In this document: one piece after another, positions 37,389-50,884 of the stretch | Numbering within the stretch: position 1 is the stretch's first letter | How the letters are laid out: every line of letters starts with the position of its first letter | Assembly: GCF_006345805.1 (NCBI RefSeq) | Contig: NC_043001.1 | Span: forward strand, 24,428,001-24,492,000 | Length of the DNA: 64,000 nucleotides | Direction: 5' to 3' | Source of the DNA: Octopus sinensis | Lineage: Eukaryota | Program-made: the position numbers and the translations under genes | The notes under the pieces: generated by a model | Database searches by the model: none | What the model was told of the DNA's origin: nothing | The model's input: only the letters and a program-made list of their open reading frames with translations

Positions 37389-38220
37389 AATTGTGAGTTT
37401 AAATATGCTTCTTTTTGATGATGTATAACCCCCAGCCTGCTGTGACTGAATAAGGTTTCTTCAGTCAGAAACCTATGATCAAAGACGTTCTAGCCATGAC
37501 AACCAAATTCTTTTAAGATGTTAGAGTATGATCTGAGAGAAATTTGACTGTAATTTATACCAGGTCAATCAATCATGTAGAAGTTCCTTTGGTTTACTTT
37601 CTTTGGGGGTTTTAGGGGAACAGTTATCTCAGTTCCCATAGTTGTTAGGAATAAGTGCCAAATTTTCTGTGACACAGCCAACAAAACGTCAAGCAGTTAT
37701 ATTTCTTTATGAGATATGATATGGTGGCAAAGATTACATAAAATATTATCTCAAGGAAGTACTATTCGGGTAGAAAGACGAAATATACTGATAAACTTGG
37801 CCTATATCCACATTGCTATAAATAAAGAATATACAGATAACATTTCAGCCATCATTACAATAGTTTCGATATTTTCAGAGAGTAAAGAACAAAAACAGCA
37901 AAAACATATTCCATTGTAAAAGTTATCTTCCAAAAAGTCTAAACCACTCGTCTGAATTTATACACACACATGTGTGTGCATACACACACACATACATGCA
38001 CACATGCATGTGTGTGCACACTTCACACACATGCACACACACACACACACATATATATGAGTTATCAATGAGAAGTTATAGCTTTTATATTCCATATATA
38101 TTTATCAGCTCATAACAAAAGAATTATATATATATAAATAGGAAATGTTAGGATTTTCTAGCAGTAAAATTTAATTATTAACCATCTTACAAACAGTAAC
38201 TCTGAGCACCTTTTCAAATT

Positions 38221-38574
38221 CCATCTGTCTAACACCTGTGGACATGTTTACAAAGTCAGAAAACAGCACAGCTCCCATGACTTTCAGAAACAATTTTTCA
38301 CTCTAAGAGTTGCTTAAGCATGGAACAAACTGCCGGCTTCAGTTGTTAGTTGTCGGAGCACTGCATCCTTCAAAACTTCCGTGCTTCCTGAGATTCGCCA
38401 ACACTACACCTGGTTTTCTTCCCTCCATACACACGCAAGCATGTATCTGACTCATACACTGTTCCCTTTCCAGACATTTGTACATTACATTACTGCATAT
38501 GCTTTATACGCACTTTTGACAAGTTGTGGTACACCTGAGCACTGTATACAATAATTTCATTATTATTATTATTA
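38221..38574 (+). mobile_element. CR1-type LINE 3' fragment
   Basis: Same family as 29901-30371; (ATT)n tail. Confidence 0.85.
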
Positions 38575-38882
38575 AAGATAATTTCAAAATTTTCAATTTG
38601 GATCTAAGTTTGTGAACTAATATCCTCTGTATCCAATTAATTTCCTATCTCTAATTATCGATCACACTATTTTCACTCGGTGCACTTTCTGTTCTGTCTT
38701 ATATTCACGTTGTACCTGAACCTCGCATCTCTTTCTGTTTCTTTCTCTCTCTTACTCTGCAGGTGACCAAGCCATGTTTTCACCTCTTCAGCAACACACC
38801 TACTCCTCTAACTCTATCATAGTTTTTCCAATATATATCCTGCTCAGTTGAAGGGTCTTATCTTGAGGGTATTCTATGACCT

Positions 38883-39120
38883 CAAGGCAGCAAGCTGGCA
38901 GAAACGTTAGCATGCCGGGCGAAATGCTTAGCAGTATTTCGTCTGCTGCTACGTTCTGAGTTCAAATTCTGCTATGGTCGACTTTGCCTTTCATCCTTTT
39001 GGGGTCGATTAAATAAGTACCAATTACGCACTCGGGTCGATATAATTGACTTAATCCGTTTGTCTGCCCTTGTTTGTCCCCTCTGTGTTTAGCCCCTTGT
39101 GGGTAGTAAAGAAATAGGTA
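38883..39120 (+). mobile_element. SINE family B with TSD
   Basis: TSD ttctatgacctca on both sides. Confidence 0.9.
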
Positions 39121-39609
39121 TTCTATGACCTCACAAGTGCTGGTGCCACATAAAAAGCATTAAGTGCTTGGCATTAGAAAGAGCATCCAGCTGTAGAAAC
39201 CATGCCAAAGCAGACATAGAACTTGGCCCGGCCAATCCATACCAGCATGGAAAAAAGGGCATTAGATGATAGGGGCAGCAGCAGTGACATTTTCCTTGCC
39301 CTCTGAAAACAATATCAGCACTAAGTGGTGGTGATAACCTGGGCAATGGATTGAATCTGTCGCTCAAGATTGAAGAGAGAACAAAGTCACAGTGGATTAA
39401 AGTGCTAAGGGTTGCAATCCTCTGCCTACGAAAATCAGTCAAGTTGGATGCTCCAACAACCAACACTAGCTCCATACCTATAACTACCATAAATACTACT
39501 AATACAACTACCCCATGTAAGAAGCACATCTTTATTATCTCAGTAACCAACTAGCATAATTATCACTGTCATAAGTACCCTGACATCAGTATCATCACTA
39601 GATCCACAC

Positions 39610-39838
39610 CTATTTCCTTACTACCCACAAGATGATAAACACAGAGAGGATAAACAAGGACAGACAAATGGATTAAGTTGATTACATCAACCCCAGTGCA
39701 TAACTGGTACTTAATTTATCGACCCCGAAAGCGTGAAAGGCAAAGTCGACCTCAGCAGAATTTGAACTCAGAACGTAATGGCAGACGAAATACCACTTAG
39801 CATTTCGCCCTGCGTGCTAATGTTTCTACCAGCCCGCC
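39610..39838 (-). mobile_element. SINE family B
   Basis: Reverse complement. Confidence 0.85.
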
Positions 39839-40520
39839 ACCTCACTAGACCCACACCACCACCCAATGTTTGTCATTACAACATCTATTTTCAATATTGT
39901 TTAACCATCAGCAGCAGTGATAGCAGCAATAAATAACCCCAGAAATATCAAAGGTATTATATTAGGATAATTGTCTTTAACAATCTATAGAGATAAAAGG
40001 TATTCAAATTTCCCCGAGTTGTAAGTTATCATAGTGTCGTTTCTGACAGTTACAGTGTGATTATTTCACTTTGATCAGATAATCAGGAATTGACAAATCC
40101 AATGTTTTCCTTTCGTGTCTAATGAGATTTTTCCTTTGCTTTGTTGAGCAAGAAATGAAAACTATCTTTTTCATTGTTATTGCTGGTAAAGTAGCTATCT
40201 TTCCAATATTAACAGGTAAGGATTACACATTTCATATTAAGAGTTATTACAGTATCTCCTATTTTATTACCCAACACATTATTGTTATATCAATTATTGT
40301 TATTCAGCAGCACATGATATAGTTTCCTTATACTGATATATTTCACAACAGCAGCTATCATCTGTTTTTATCATTGTGGCTATTATAACTATGTTTGTAT
40401 GTTGTTCTATGTTGTCACTCTATTTCCTCTCTATAACTATTGCTATATAACCAACATAGTCTATTCTATGCTATAATCTAGTTATGCAGCACCACACAAT
40501 TATATCACTCTACGATTATA

Positions 40521-41072
40521 TTGGGTTGTCCGGAAAGTTTGTGCCGATTTATAGTAGCTTACCTTTTGACTTATTTTAGAATATCGTTGAGTCCATAAAA
40601 TAGGATTTGACTACACCTCCATTTAGAGCACAGTTTAAGCTATCTTTTCGTGGAAGAAGGTTTATGTTCCTATAACCTGTGTTAATTTTGTAACCCTTTA
40701 AAATGGAAGATAAGAAAGTTCATTTTCGGCATTTGATGCTTTGAGAACCAGACAAAAATTGCTGTAGCTCGGCTGCATATTCACCAGATATTGCTCCTTT
40801 GGATTTCCACTTATTTAGGTCTTTGCAGAATAGTCTTAATTTCCACTTATTCAGGTCTTTGCAGAATAGTCTTAATGGTAAAAATTTCAATTCTTTGGAT
40901 GACGTAAAAAGATACCTTGATGAATTCTTTGCCACGAAACCACCTCAATTCTGGGAAGAGGGTATTTTCAAGTTAAAGGAAAAATGGAGACACATGATGC
41001 AACAAAATGGTTCATATCTGTTGACATTTTTCTTTCCTTTAAAAATTGGCACAAACTTTCCGGACAACCCAA
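40521..41072 (+). mobile_element. Internally deleted mariner element
   Basis: TA|TTGGGTTGTCCGGAAAGTTTGTGCC TIRs|TA. MEDKKVHFRHLML is joined to AYSPDIAPLDFHLFRSLQN...WEEGIFKLKEKW. Confidence 0.92.
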
Positions 41073-41813
41073 TATTAAAAGAGTAAGAAGTAAAGGATAA
41101 AGATCCCCTTCAGTCATGAATGATCATGGGACTGCATCTAGAAAGCCACCCCACCCCCCGCTCCGAGGCACAAGTCTGGGCAAAGTTGTTTATGAAGGAC
41201 CAGCAGGAATATTTCCCTATTTCATTTTCATAGTTGTTTATGGTGAGGACTTGATCTTCTGCTGCTAGAATGAGGCCCTTGCTTTGTATTTTTATCCTAA
41301 TGCAATCAAATAATTATTGGCTTTTGCTCTGGCTTAGTGTTGAATCTTCCAGAATATTGATTATAAAGATTTTTCCTTCATTTTTTTTTCCAGTATATTT
41401 TTAAACTCAATTTCAATTTTGAATTTGAATTTTTGTAAACATTTCAGTTGTTTTATCCTTATCTAAATCTTCAATTGGTTAGTTTTATTTCATTGTAGTT
41501 GGTTTCCAATGTACAGCTTCTTTATATGAAGAGAAAAATTTCTTTTTCTTCGTGTTTCCATCATACACTTATCAGTCTCCCATTTTCCCTAAATATTCTT
41601 TTATTCCTTCTTTTGTTATTTAATAGTAATTTTCTGATTGTATCATATCAAACTTCATTACAACCAACATTTTGTGCAGGGTATAGATATTTTGTCTATA
41701 TCAGCTTTGTACTAGCAACTTCAGAATATTATCAGTAAAGTCTTAGTTTTCTGCTTAAGTTCTTCGATCTTTCCTGCAGGTATTGAATGACAAAAGTTTA
41801 TGAGGTACATTAA

Positions 41814-42032
41814 CCCTTTTGTTATCAACCCAGCCGAAACTGGCTCTGGCTCTGAGTTCAAATGTCTTATTTTCATAAGTTTGGAATTAAAATCTTCCAG
41901 CAAACCTTAGTCACAATTTGTGTTCCTAACACTAGCTGAATGATACTAAGTTATTTAACTAAATTCTTTGTTATATTTAAAATAATTGAAAGAAACACAG
42001 AGCATCTCAAAATAAATACAGTAACGAAAGGG
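41814..42032. mobile_element. piggyBac-type MITE (219 bp)
   Basis: TTAA TSD; CCCTTTTGTTA ... GTAACGAAAGGG termini; no ORF. Confidence 0.88.
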
Positions 42033-42572
42033 TTAATAGCTTCAATCCCATCTGTGTTGGAGATCATAGGCACTAATAATTCTGGACTCAGCAAGTAAAA
42101 CAAAAAAGACTAAGATTAAATACTGTCTTACATTTATTCATGCATTCAATATTTTGCTATAGAGTCTATTTTTTATTTATTTATTTGAAACTATATGGTA
42201 GCTTTCCCCAGCTGTTATCCCTATCTTTCAATATATTGAAGGTCAGGTAGCATATTTGATTATCCTCAATTTAAAAAAAAAAAAAAATTATAATATGGAA
42301 CAGCTAATAAAATTGATTAACAAAAGAAAAAAAAAACAGTTATTAAAACTAAGTATAGATTATTTCAAATGGTTATGGTAGTCCTTTGAAATTTTATTAC
42401 TAAAAAGACTGCAGTGAATATAACTGATATTAAATACAATTTGCAGTACAGTAGCAAAGTTGTCAAAGCTAAGAAAACAAAAAAAATGAAGAATTTTTTT
42501 TATATGCAGGTACTTAATTCTGATTCTCAGCCAGGCTATATATATTTATATATATTCACATATGCGTTTGTG

Positions 42573-42613
<41 letters not shown>

Positions 42614-42866
42614 TATATATATGTATGTATGTATGTACACACACATATATATATATGTATTTATACATATATAAATGTGTGTGTGTGTGTGTATATATAT
42701 ATAGATATAAATTAGAAAAAAAACACCTTTTATCAATTCAATAATGAAAAATTAAATTATGCCATTTAGAAAAATTACATCTTATAGAAAGATTAAATAT
42801 AATATAAAACATATAACAATGATTAAGTAATGTGCAAAATAATAAATAAAACGTATATATTTGGTA

Positions 42867-42973
<107 letters not shown>

Positions 42974-43039
42974 CATACATGCATGAGTCATCAGGGAAAA
43001 GATGCACTTGTATAACTGTCAGTACAGTAGGTATATTAT

Positions 43040-43500
43040 ATGAAATGTATAGTATTAAATATCCATCAGGGCTGGTCTTACCAATCGGTTTCCTGTAAAG
43101 AATATAATGGAGTGTTAGGTAACTAACTGATTATATGACTTTACACTCATCAGAGTTAGTCGAGATGGAAGGAAATATGTTGACTGCTCTCTGTTATCAG
43201 AGTTGGATTAGCACAACTGATCAGTGACTTCTGTGAAAAAGGTGGTGAAATGAAAAAGGGGTCAGAGGATTAGTTTAGGAGTTATGTCCCTTGGTTGGGT
43301 ATGCTGTGAAAACCAGGAAGGTTTATCTTGAAGTACAGAAAGTGGGTATTATTAATGTGGTGTTCTTGTGGGGAAGGGGTGTGTGAGAAGTGTAGCAGTA
43401 TCAAATGTATAATTTGTTTCCAGGGGTGTAGGTATATATAGCTGTGTTTGTTGGTCTGTTTTCTTTCTGTAAAGCATCCAATATTCCCTGGTTATTCACT
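43040..43500 (-). mobile_element. Possible decayed Penelope-like coding fragment
   Basis: Composition and short peptide snippets recall a PLE C-terminal region; many stops. By-eye impression only. Confidence 0.25.
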
Positions 43501-43670
43501 GGTACATTGGTTTTTTAAGTAATTGTTTATGTTATATTCTATTATATCATATTCATAGTATATTATGCTATATTAAAATATAAATAAATTATTGGATTGT
43601 CATTTGTATCTCTCTATTTAATTTATTGTTTAAATATTCTACTACAACCTTAACAGACTATACCATAACT

Positions 43671-43752
<82 letters not shown>

Positions 43753-43757
<5 letters not shown>

Positions 43758-43885
43758 GGAGTTTAATGCAGGTATAATTCAAATATTTTTACTTCTGACA
43801 CATGTTTGGAAGATATCAGTGATATCTTCGAAACATGTGTCGGAAGTAAAAGTATTTGAATTATACCTGTGTTAAACTCCATTTA
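43753..43885. repeat. Fold-back hairpin (arms about 65 bp, loop agt) next to (TA)n, containing a hammerhead 3' half
   Basis: taaatggagttt...gaagatatc agt gatatcttc GAAACATGTGTC ggaa...aaactccattta. Confidence 0.9.
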
Positions 43886-45683
43886 TTTATTTATATATTA
43901 TACAAAAAATTCCACATAAACCTGAAGTTTCTACCTTTAGAAACAAGGAGTTACAACCTCTTTACTTCTGTGATTTTTTGCTACCCTGGTAACTATTTAT
44001 CTATTTTTTCTGTGTTAATTGTTAACAAGGGAAAAATAGACACATCTATTTATATATATATAGTATATTCTGTTAACAATGTAGCAGAATACAGTATCAA
44101 GTTCGTCCACCTTCACATTTCATCTTGTGCTATCCAGTAGTAGTATTATACTTACTTCCAGGTTTGCATTTGGGCATCTGTCTTGTAAATTTGGAATCAA
44201 CAAGAAGGAGTGTGGTCAAACATTTATTTTCTATTACTACAATTGTCTTAATGTGACATAGTTCTCCAGGCAATGCCAACAGTGCTTCAGCAATAATACA
44301 CCTAGATAAACTCAGTGACTCTTACAAATTCAGGCCACAACAGAGTGGATGTTCTTGAGGCTGAGAAATTGAACTTACAGAGACAATATTTACATATCAC
44401 CTGTGGAAACACAACTAGATCACATAATGCAGGGAAATGGTTGCATAATCAAGTAATTGCATTTCCTTTATTTGAGTAGAATGGTGTATATAAGTGATGA
44501 AGTTTCTTGTACCTGGTGTGTGAGTTCCAATGGTAGTTATGTTTGGTCATTCCAAGCATAGAGCCTTGTAAACAGTGATGCTCAATCGAGGGTTTTTTTT
44601 TTTTTGCAAATACAGTATCCTTATGTCAGATGACTGAAACAAGTAAAAGAATAAAAGTATATATATATATATACACACACATAGTCTGTAATATTACCAT
44701 AACAATCACCTATTTCAAACTCCTTATTCTTTAAACCCTGAATTAAACATTTTGGCTAAAAGAACTCTTGTTTTTTTATTATTTATTCTCATCTTAAAAC
44801 TAAATATTGTTTAACCTTGAAAATAATTAACCCATCCAAAAATATAAACATCATTGTTATGACTAGCCTGTCTCTGCCAGTTAGGAAATTAAATAAAAAG
44901 TGAAGAGTGAGGTTCAATCTTAATTATCTATAAAGATTTAATATCACTCCCCACTTTAGAATCTGTTAATGAAATAGTGCAGTTATGCATAAAATAAAAA
45001 GAATTCGCCCAAAATACATAAACATTGACTATAGTTATATCCTGTTTGATAATTGTAAACTGATGAAAAGAAAAAATATTTTGTGGCTGAATGCCAAGAA
45101 AATTGAGAATGGGTTGCTTCTAACAGTGTTCACCCTATTGTCTTTAACCTTTTAGATATAAAACGCTTGCAAGATACACTGCAGCTACTGTTGGTTCTAA
45201 AACAACTTATCATTGGTTAATTTATCACTGAAGCTTTCTTCAACAGATAATGATTCCCTTTATATTCATAAAACAATTACTGATGATAGAACTGTTATAA
45301 AATAGCAATGTATATTTTGTTTCCATTATCTCAATATATCTCCTTCCGTGCAAGATTTTAATGCTTTCAACACTTGGATAATTTGCTGAGGAAGAAAGTG
45401 TTTTTGTTTCATGTCAGTAAAAACCAACAAATTCTATAAAATAATAGCTATAGAAAAAGCACTTCTTTCTTTTCTTTAATGCAATGGGAGTAACTAGTGC
45501 AAGGGGTTAATAGCTGCTCTTTGTATTCATATCTAACATCATATGTTTTATATGTAATCGGTAATTTGGTAATACAATCCCTCTTCATTTGTTTCCTGCA
45601 CTTATTTTTAGCCTAAATTCAGAATACTTCAATTTGTTGATTTTGCACAAACCAGTTATGAAACTTCCTATCCATTTTGGTTT

Positions 45684-45889
45684 TCTTCTACTTGTTTCAG
45701 TCATTTGACTGCGGCCATGCTGGAGCACCGCCTTTAGTTGAGCAAATCGACCCCTGGACTTATTCTTTGTAAGCCTAGTACTTATTCTATCGGTCTCTTT
45801 AGCCAAACCGCTAAGTTACGGGGATGTAAACACAGCAGCATCGGTTGTCAAGCGATGTTGGGGGTACAAGCACAAACACAGAAACATAT

Positions 45890-45946
<57 letters not shown>

Positions 45947-46111
45947 TACGACGGGCTTCTTTCAGTTTTCGTCTACCAAATCCACTCACAAGGCTTTGGT
46001 CAGCCCGAGGCTATAGTAGAAGACACTTGCCCAAGGTGCCACGCAGTGGGACTGAACCCAGAACCATGTGGCTGGTAAGCAAGCTACTTACCACACAGCC
46101 ACTCCTACGCC
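45684..46111 (-). mobile_element. SINE family A
   Basis: Full-length with little CpG decay. Confidence 0.92.
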
Positions 46112-46789
46112 TGTGTATATATATATATATATATATATATTAGCATGCATGATAGAGGTGAGCATATTACTCACCCTTATCCATTTTTCTTTTGCTAAAT
46201 GTGCTTCAAGAGCAATAAAATGTTTGTGGAGAGAGAAAGAGGGAGAGGCAAGTGAACATAAGAGAAAGAGAGAATAAGAGGGAGATGTGAGAAGTGAGAG
46301 AGAGAGAGAGAAAGATGTGAGTGTAGGAAAGAGAAAGAGAGTTCTAAGGAGCTCATGTTCTCTTAAGTTAATTTTATAGCATTAGCAGACTTCAGTGCTT
46401 CAAAGTATGTATGAGCCTTATGGAGTGTAAACCACCTTACATGCTGTAAGCCATGATAAACTAAAATGTGGATGGAATACAATTCCTAAGAATCTTCACA
46501 CATACACACACACACACATATATATTATGTGTGCCAATGATTCTTTCAACCATGATTCCTTACTGAATAAATTATTATTCATGTAAGGGTAATTTTATAG
46601 GCACCATTTTCCTGTTCTTCCCCTCCAATTATGCCAAAAGTTTAACAATACAAAATAACTCTTAGCATCATGGTAAAAAGTTTCAATGTCACTTTTACTT
46701 GCTTTTGTTGATACACAAATAATTTAACCAAACTCTCAGAATGGTGGTATTAAATAATAAAACAGTAAACTTTGTATTGTTTTAATATT

Positions 46790-47191
46790 CGTTTCTACTC
46801 TAGGCACAAGGCCAGAAATTTCTTGGGAGAGGGGACCAGTCAATTAGATCGACCCCTTTGTGTGAAACTGGTACTTAATTTATCAACCCCTAAAAGGATG
46901 AAAGGCAAAGTTGACCTTGGCAGAATTTGAACTCAGAACGTAGCGACAGACGAAATATATATTTCTTTACTACTCACAATGGGCTAAACACAGAGAGGAC
47001 AAACAAGGACAGACAAACAGATTAAGTCGATTACATCTACCCCAGTGCGTAACTGGTACTTATTTAATCGATCCTGAAAGGATGAAAGGCAAAGTCGACC
47101 TCAGCGGAATTTGATCTCAGAACGTAAAGACAGATGAAATTACTGCTAAGCATTTCGCCCGGCATGCTAACGTTTCTGCCAGCTTGCCACC
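46790..47191 (-). mobile_element. SINE family B dimer with a single 18-bp TSD
   Basis: TSD ttgtattgttttaatatt at 46772-46789 and 47192-47209. Confidence 0.9.
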
Positions 47192-47219
47192 TTGTATTGT
47201 TTTAATATTGACTGAATCT

Positions 47220-47790
47220 GTAAGGTGGCGAGCTGGCAGAATCGTTAGCATGCCGGGCAAAATGCTTAGCGGTATTTCATCTGCCTTTACATTCTGAGTT
47301 CAAATTCCACTGAGGTCAACCTTGCCTTTCACCCTTTTGGGGTCAATAAATTAAGTACCAGTTGTGTACTGGGGTCGATCTAATCGACCATCCCCCTCCC
47401 CCAAATTTCAGGCCTTGTGCCTAGAGTAGAAAGAATTATATTAGCACAGCAAATGAAATGCTTAGCAGCATTTCATCTGTCTTTATGTTCCAAGTTCAAA
47501 TTCTGCCGAGGTTGACTTTGCCTTTCATCCTTTTGGGGTCAATAAATTAAGTACCAGTTGCATACTGGGGTCTATCTAATCGACTGGCCTCCTCCCCCAA
47601 ATTTCAGGTCTTGTGCCTAGAGTAGAAAAGAATATTGACTGATACTGTGGGGTGGCAAATTGGCAGAATTGTTAACACAACTTAGTAGAATTTTGTCTGT
47701 CTTTACGTTCTGAGTTCAAATTCCATGAAGGCCAACTTTGCATTTCATCCTTTTGGGAGTCAATAAAATAAGTAACAGTTGACTACTGGG
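47220..47790 (+). mobile_element. SINE family B tandem array
   Basis: Three progressively decayed units. Confidence 0.85.
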
Positions 47791-47809
47791 GCCAATGTAA
47801 TTAATATAA

Positions 47810-48400
47810 TAATAATTATAATAATAATAATAATAATGAAATTATTATATACAGTGCTCAGGTGCACCACAACTTGTCAAAAGTGCGTATAATTACAACT
47901 TATCATAAGTGCATATAATTACACAGTAATATACAAATGTCTGGGAAGTGAACTGTGTATGAGTCAGATACATGCTTATGTGTGTATGGAGGAGAGAAAA
48001 TCAGGTGTAGTGTTGGCGAATCTCAGGAAGCATGGAAGTTTTGAAGGATGCAGTGCTCCGACAACTAACGACTGATGCCGGCAGTTTGTTCTATGCTTCA
48101 GCAACTCTTAGTGTGAAAAAATGTTTGCGAAAGTCATGGGTGCTGTGCTGTTTTCTGACTTTGTAAACATGTCCACGGGTGTTAGACAGGTGGAGTTTGA
48201 AAAGGTGCGGAGTTATTGTTAATAAGATGGTTAATAATTTGATGGGTGTCTGCCAAGTCAGCTGCCAGATGTCGGAGTTTCAATGTATCTATACCCAGGG
48301 AAGTAAGACATTCAGAATATGGCAAATGTCTGATGGAGGGTATTCGCTAGGTTGCACATCGCTGAACGGTTTCCAGATGATTAATATCCTGGGCAAGATA
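47810..48400 (-). mobile_element. CR1-type LINE 3' fragment
   Basis: Same family as 29901-30371, extending further 5'. Confidence 0.85.
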
Positions 48401-48850
48401 GGGGCTCCAGACTGGTGATTGCTGGCCTTGTGCCAAAACTTACAGAATCTCTTTTTAAATATCACCAAATATTTTTCTGTGATACCCTATTATATTGGTT
48501 AAATGTAGTTGTCATTCTTTAAGTTTTCTTACTGAAACCAAAAGACTCAAGGAAATATTCCATCTAGTTTTTTTTTAGCAATGTTTCAATTTTTATAATC
48601 AATTGTCTACTAAGTGCAAAAAATTATAATTAGTAATTAGTAAATTGGAGTTCCAATGGAGAAATAACTTTCTCTGTTCATTTAACACTAAATACGATTA
48701 GCTTTAGAATTTCATATACCTGACTTCCTTTAAAGAAAGTTAATGAAGATTGCTTCATAAGTAGATTTGTTCTTCAATCTATACATTTAGTTATGTGTTG
48801 GGAAAAGAAGTAATATTCCTTGTTGGCCTGGGTTTTATAGTAATTACTAG

Positions 48851-49343
48851 TGTAGTGACGCTATCCAACAGTGCGCACGCGCAACGTCCTCAGGAAAGGC
48901 AGAGGGGAAGAGCCCTCTCGCACATGTGCGAAGACCAGGAGAAGGGATTGCTGATGTGTCATTAGCTGATAGGCAGGGGAGAGGTACCTACAAGGCGTAC
49001 AGGGAGACGCATAGCAGCAGTGAGCAGAGCGACTTGAGGCACAGCGACTGAAGAGAAAGGACATATTTTCTTCGCTCTCTAAGGACGCCATACTTGACCA
49101 GCTCGGTTTGCTGCTGAACTTGTAAGATTGTTACAAGCGTTAAAGTTTCAGCCTTACCACATCCATACCAAGTGGAACCAAATATACCACCTTAATTTTT
49201 ACTGTTATAAGAACAATAAAGAGTATATATTTTTACTGTCGCGTTTGTGTTCTTTGACTGGTAGAATCTGGAAATTTAAGCAACGGAAATTGAATGCACC
49301 ATTTGCACCCTAAAAGTGCAAGAAGCAACCTATTCCCGTTACA
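48851..49343 (+). mobile_element. Solo LTR (493 bp), possibly Ty3/gypsy-type
   Basis: TGTA...TACA termini, CTAG 4-bp TSD (48847-48850 / 49344-49347), AATAAA at 49215-49220, CpG-rich. Confidence 0.85.
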
Positions 49344-49352
49344 CTAGTATTA

Positions 49353-49760
49353 ACAAGGTGGCGAGCTGGCAGAAACATTAGCATGCCGGGCGAAATACTA
49401 AGCGGTGTTTCGTCTGCTGCTACGTTCTGAGTTCAAATTCCGCCGAGGTCAACTTTGCCTTTCATCCTTTCGGGGTCAATAAATTAAGTACCAGTTATGC
49501 ACTGGGGTTGATATAATCAACTTAATCCATTTATCTGTCCTTGTTTGTCACCTCTTGTGGGTAGTAAAGAAATAGGTATTTCGTCTGCCGTGATGTTCTG
49601 AGTTCAAATTCCGCAATGGTCGACTTTACCTTTCGTCCTATCAGAGTCGATTAAATAAGTACCACTTACGCACTGGGGTCGATCTAGTTGGCTTAATCCC
49701 ATTGTCTGTCCTTGTTTGTCCCTTCTATGTTTAGCCCCTTGTGGGCAATAAAGAAATAAA
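49353..49760 (+). mobile_element. SINE family B dimer
   Basis: Junction gaaataggtatttcgtc. Confidence 0.85.
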
Positions 49761-50482
49761 TTGCTAATATTAACACCACTAGTACTATTAAAAACATCAT
49801 TTCAATGGGTTCGTCTACCCCATTTATCTATTGTCTGCTGGTGTAACAGCAGGCAGCTGTTTGTAATTTCTTTCCATTTTCCTACTCTGCTTTCCACAGT
49901 ATCTGATTCCTTTAATAATGTTTAGAGAGTTGCAATATTTGATGTGTTTAGTACATGGGTGGAGTCAAAAAAAGGTTTTTTGTTCTTTGCTGATGTTGAT
50001 GTGACCAATGTTGCCTGTTTATAGGATTTCTCAAATGTTCCTTTTCACATCTTTTACTCTTAGAAACATAATTTCTATTAATGATAAATATGAGTGATAA
50101 TACTCTTGTATTAATTACCCTTAAAATAAATTACGTCTTAAGAAACCCCTGCATAAAAATTATATACCATATTTTTCTCATATTTTTTCATCATAGTTCA
50201 CGTGGCAAATATCACAAAGACTTCCTCACTTTTCCGAGTGTCAAACTAATACATCTGCTTGTTGTTTATGCCCCTGTCTTCATCTTTTGCTTTTCTGTAA
50301 ATTTCAACTATATATATATATGGTAAAATATCTCTTTACCCTCACCCATTTAGTACACTCAGTAATGTAATTGCAATGCAATAAAAAAACACTTGTGTAT
50401 TAATAATTGGGTATTCTACCAGCAGTATATTGGATAGATATTATCCCTTAGTTGGTTGGATTCACAACCTCTAACTTTCTTG

Positions 50483-50529
<47 letters not shown>

Positions 50530-50648
50530 CTCAAAATGTAAAAGACTTTTTCAATTCCCAAGCGTTATACAAATACATTTGTTTGTTTTCTACAGCACCT
50601 GTCTTCGTCTTTTGTCTTTGTTGTGAATTCTCCCCCCCTCTCTCTCTA

Positions 50649-50679
<31 letters not shown>

Positions 50680-50814
50680 GGTTGTTATATTTTTTCATAA
50701 CATGATAGGTTAGCTTGAATGATGCCTATATAACAATATTACAATAACCAATAATATGTTGTGCATGTATAGTAATATTACGATCATGAAATTAGCATTA
50801 GCTTATCTTACTCT

Positions 50815-50884
50815 TTCTCACGGAACCCCTAGGAACCTTTTGCAGAACCCTAGGGTTACGGGGAACCCCAGTTGAGAAACGCTG
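50815..50884. mobile_element. hAT-type MITE terminus
   Basis: Repeated ggaaccc motifs ending gttgagaaacgctg (reverse complement CAGCGTTTCTCAAC); other end not found. Confidence 0.45.

Noticed and set aside
39288-39554. 89-codon open frame with a Thr-rich tail
   Set aside because: The opposite strand is also open, the tail is low complexity, and no motif was recognised.
41234-41242. 9-nt microexon (and a 14-nt one at 2224-2237)
   Set aside because: Such AG/GT pairs are expected by chance in 64 kb of AT-rich DNA; no supporting gene.
44827-45510. piggyBac element bounded by TTAACCC...GGGTTAA
   Set aside because: The ends are not complementary beyond CCC/GGG.
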